A stretch of 63,102 nt of DNA, the filler included, from Octopus bimaculoides (lineage: Eukaryota), in NCBI RefSeq assembly GCF_001194135.2. It is 7 parts of 5 records of this genome, joined end to end, with 100 filler letters (N's around TTAATTAATTAA, not from the genome) between each part and the next. Parts side by side here need not be neighbours in the genome. Positions count along the whole stretch, not along the records: positions 60,926 to 63,102 come from NC_068984.1; 6 more parts are not named here. One strand, 5' to 3'. Positions 61,744 to 63,102 of the stretch are shown here, in pieces. Numbering within the stretch: the first letter of the stretch is position 1; each line of letters opens with the position of its first letter. Under the pieces are notes generated by a model. It ran no database searches and had not been told where the DNA came from. It was given only the letters and a program-made list of their open reading frames with translations. The translations under genes were made by a program, and so were the position numbers.

Positions 61744-63102
61744 GTAATATTTTATATAAAATGTTTTTTGCATGATGTAGACTTTTCTCATACTTTCTCC
61801 TTTCATCTCTATTCTAACAGGATACAAGTCTCATTTATATATTTTTACACAACCTTCTCAAACAACTAACACAATTTTATGATGTATGGTAGTATGATTT
61901 GGACAACTAGTTTGTCATACCTCTCTAAACTAGATTTTGTACAGTAAATTTTCCTTTTCTCTGTGTCATAGACTTGATTACTGGGCGAAAATTGGACTTA
62001 ACAGAGGTAGTTTTGCGAATAAACAAATATTGGTGTGTTAGAAATAATAATTAAGGTGTGTTATAACTTCACCGTGTTATATGTAGCTAGATAGAAGTAT
62101 AGCACCTGACATAATCAAAACATCGTTAAATTGAGTCCATAGATCTTAACATCAAAATAAAGGATTGGGCAATATTTTACCAAAACATAGGTAATGCAAA
62201 CACTTCTTAATACATGAAGGTAGCTACTTCAGGAAATATTTTCCAAACGCGAAAAGAACTTTATTAAGATTTAACTCTTGGAATTCCTAGCTGGACAAGG
62301 CTGTATATTGGTTCTGGTTTGAACAGGAAGTCAACATATTTAAATAGCGCATTTATTACATGAGCAATAAACTTCAAATCTACGACACCATATAATAATT
62401 CACGATGAACGTTGATCTGGGTTGAAGTATATAGAAATGCAAATATTGATATAATCCTCGACCTTATCTCTTGTAATATACTTTCACAAATCTCTCTCTC
62501 TCTTCCTCTCTCTTGCTCTCACTCTTTTTCTCTTTCTTTTTCAATATTTAATCAGTATACACATGTATTTGAAGATTTAATAGTAAAAGCTTTGCGAATC
62601 CCGATTCTATTTTCAACATCTTATATGTATGATCGAAGATTTCCGTCTCTTTCAGTTTCAAGTTAGACAACGATAAGCTCATGGAAATGTGATAATATTA
62701 CTTTCAAAATTGATTTCCAAAATTAAACGACGGAATTTTTTATGATAGAAGAAAAATAATAGAATTTTGTCTGACGTAGATCAATAATAGAATGTTTTGA
62801 GATTAGCTAAAATATTCTAAAGTTACAGAAAACAGAGGAAAAAGGTTTATTTAAAAGATTGTTTATATTTAATCTTAATTGTAAAAGTGCTTTCTGTGCC
62901 AATGTCCATCTTCTACTAATAGTTATTATCTGGGTGCCTTCTTGGTCAATCTTGATTCACCAGGTGATGATTAAATTACTTAAACCTTTATGTCTTTATC
63001 GAGTGGCAACTATGAATGTATGCATCTAAATATACCAAACACCCTCAAAAATACTTTAAAATTTTTGTATGTATGTGTGTGTATGTATGTATGTATATAT
63101 AT

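Overview
Eukaryotic, AT-rich, repeat-saturated draft-assembly sequence with roughly 12% N. The recurring SINE/MITE families and microsatellite density look like a coleoid cephalopod, most likely Octopus (recognition-based inference, not a database hit). Six artificial N44-TTAATTAATTAA-N44 spacers split the window into seven pieces (1-20185, 20286-35116, 35217-45541, 45642-50094, 50195-57240, 57341-60825, 60926-63102), so adjacency across them is unproven. Most ORF-track entries are microsatellite or N read-through. Real content: at least five SINE families; two decayed L1/Tx1 ORF2 copies; RTE and R4/Dong LINE fragments; Penelope-like retroelement (PLE) remnants of two kinds; a full-length dead mariner; a deleted DD37D (maT) element; several MITEs; and Helentron/Helitron-type non-autonomous elements. 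No intact, nameable host gene is seen, but phase-compatible minus-strand exons (8264-8380, 5928-6106) suggest an unidentified spliced gene. The most unusual signal is a set of minimal type I hammerhead ribozyme (HHR) motifs. One pair lies in the ~490-bp inverted arms of a 1.5-kb element (31116-32643) that encloses an ORF1/gag-like reading frame. Coordinates of decayed repeats are approximate.
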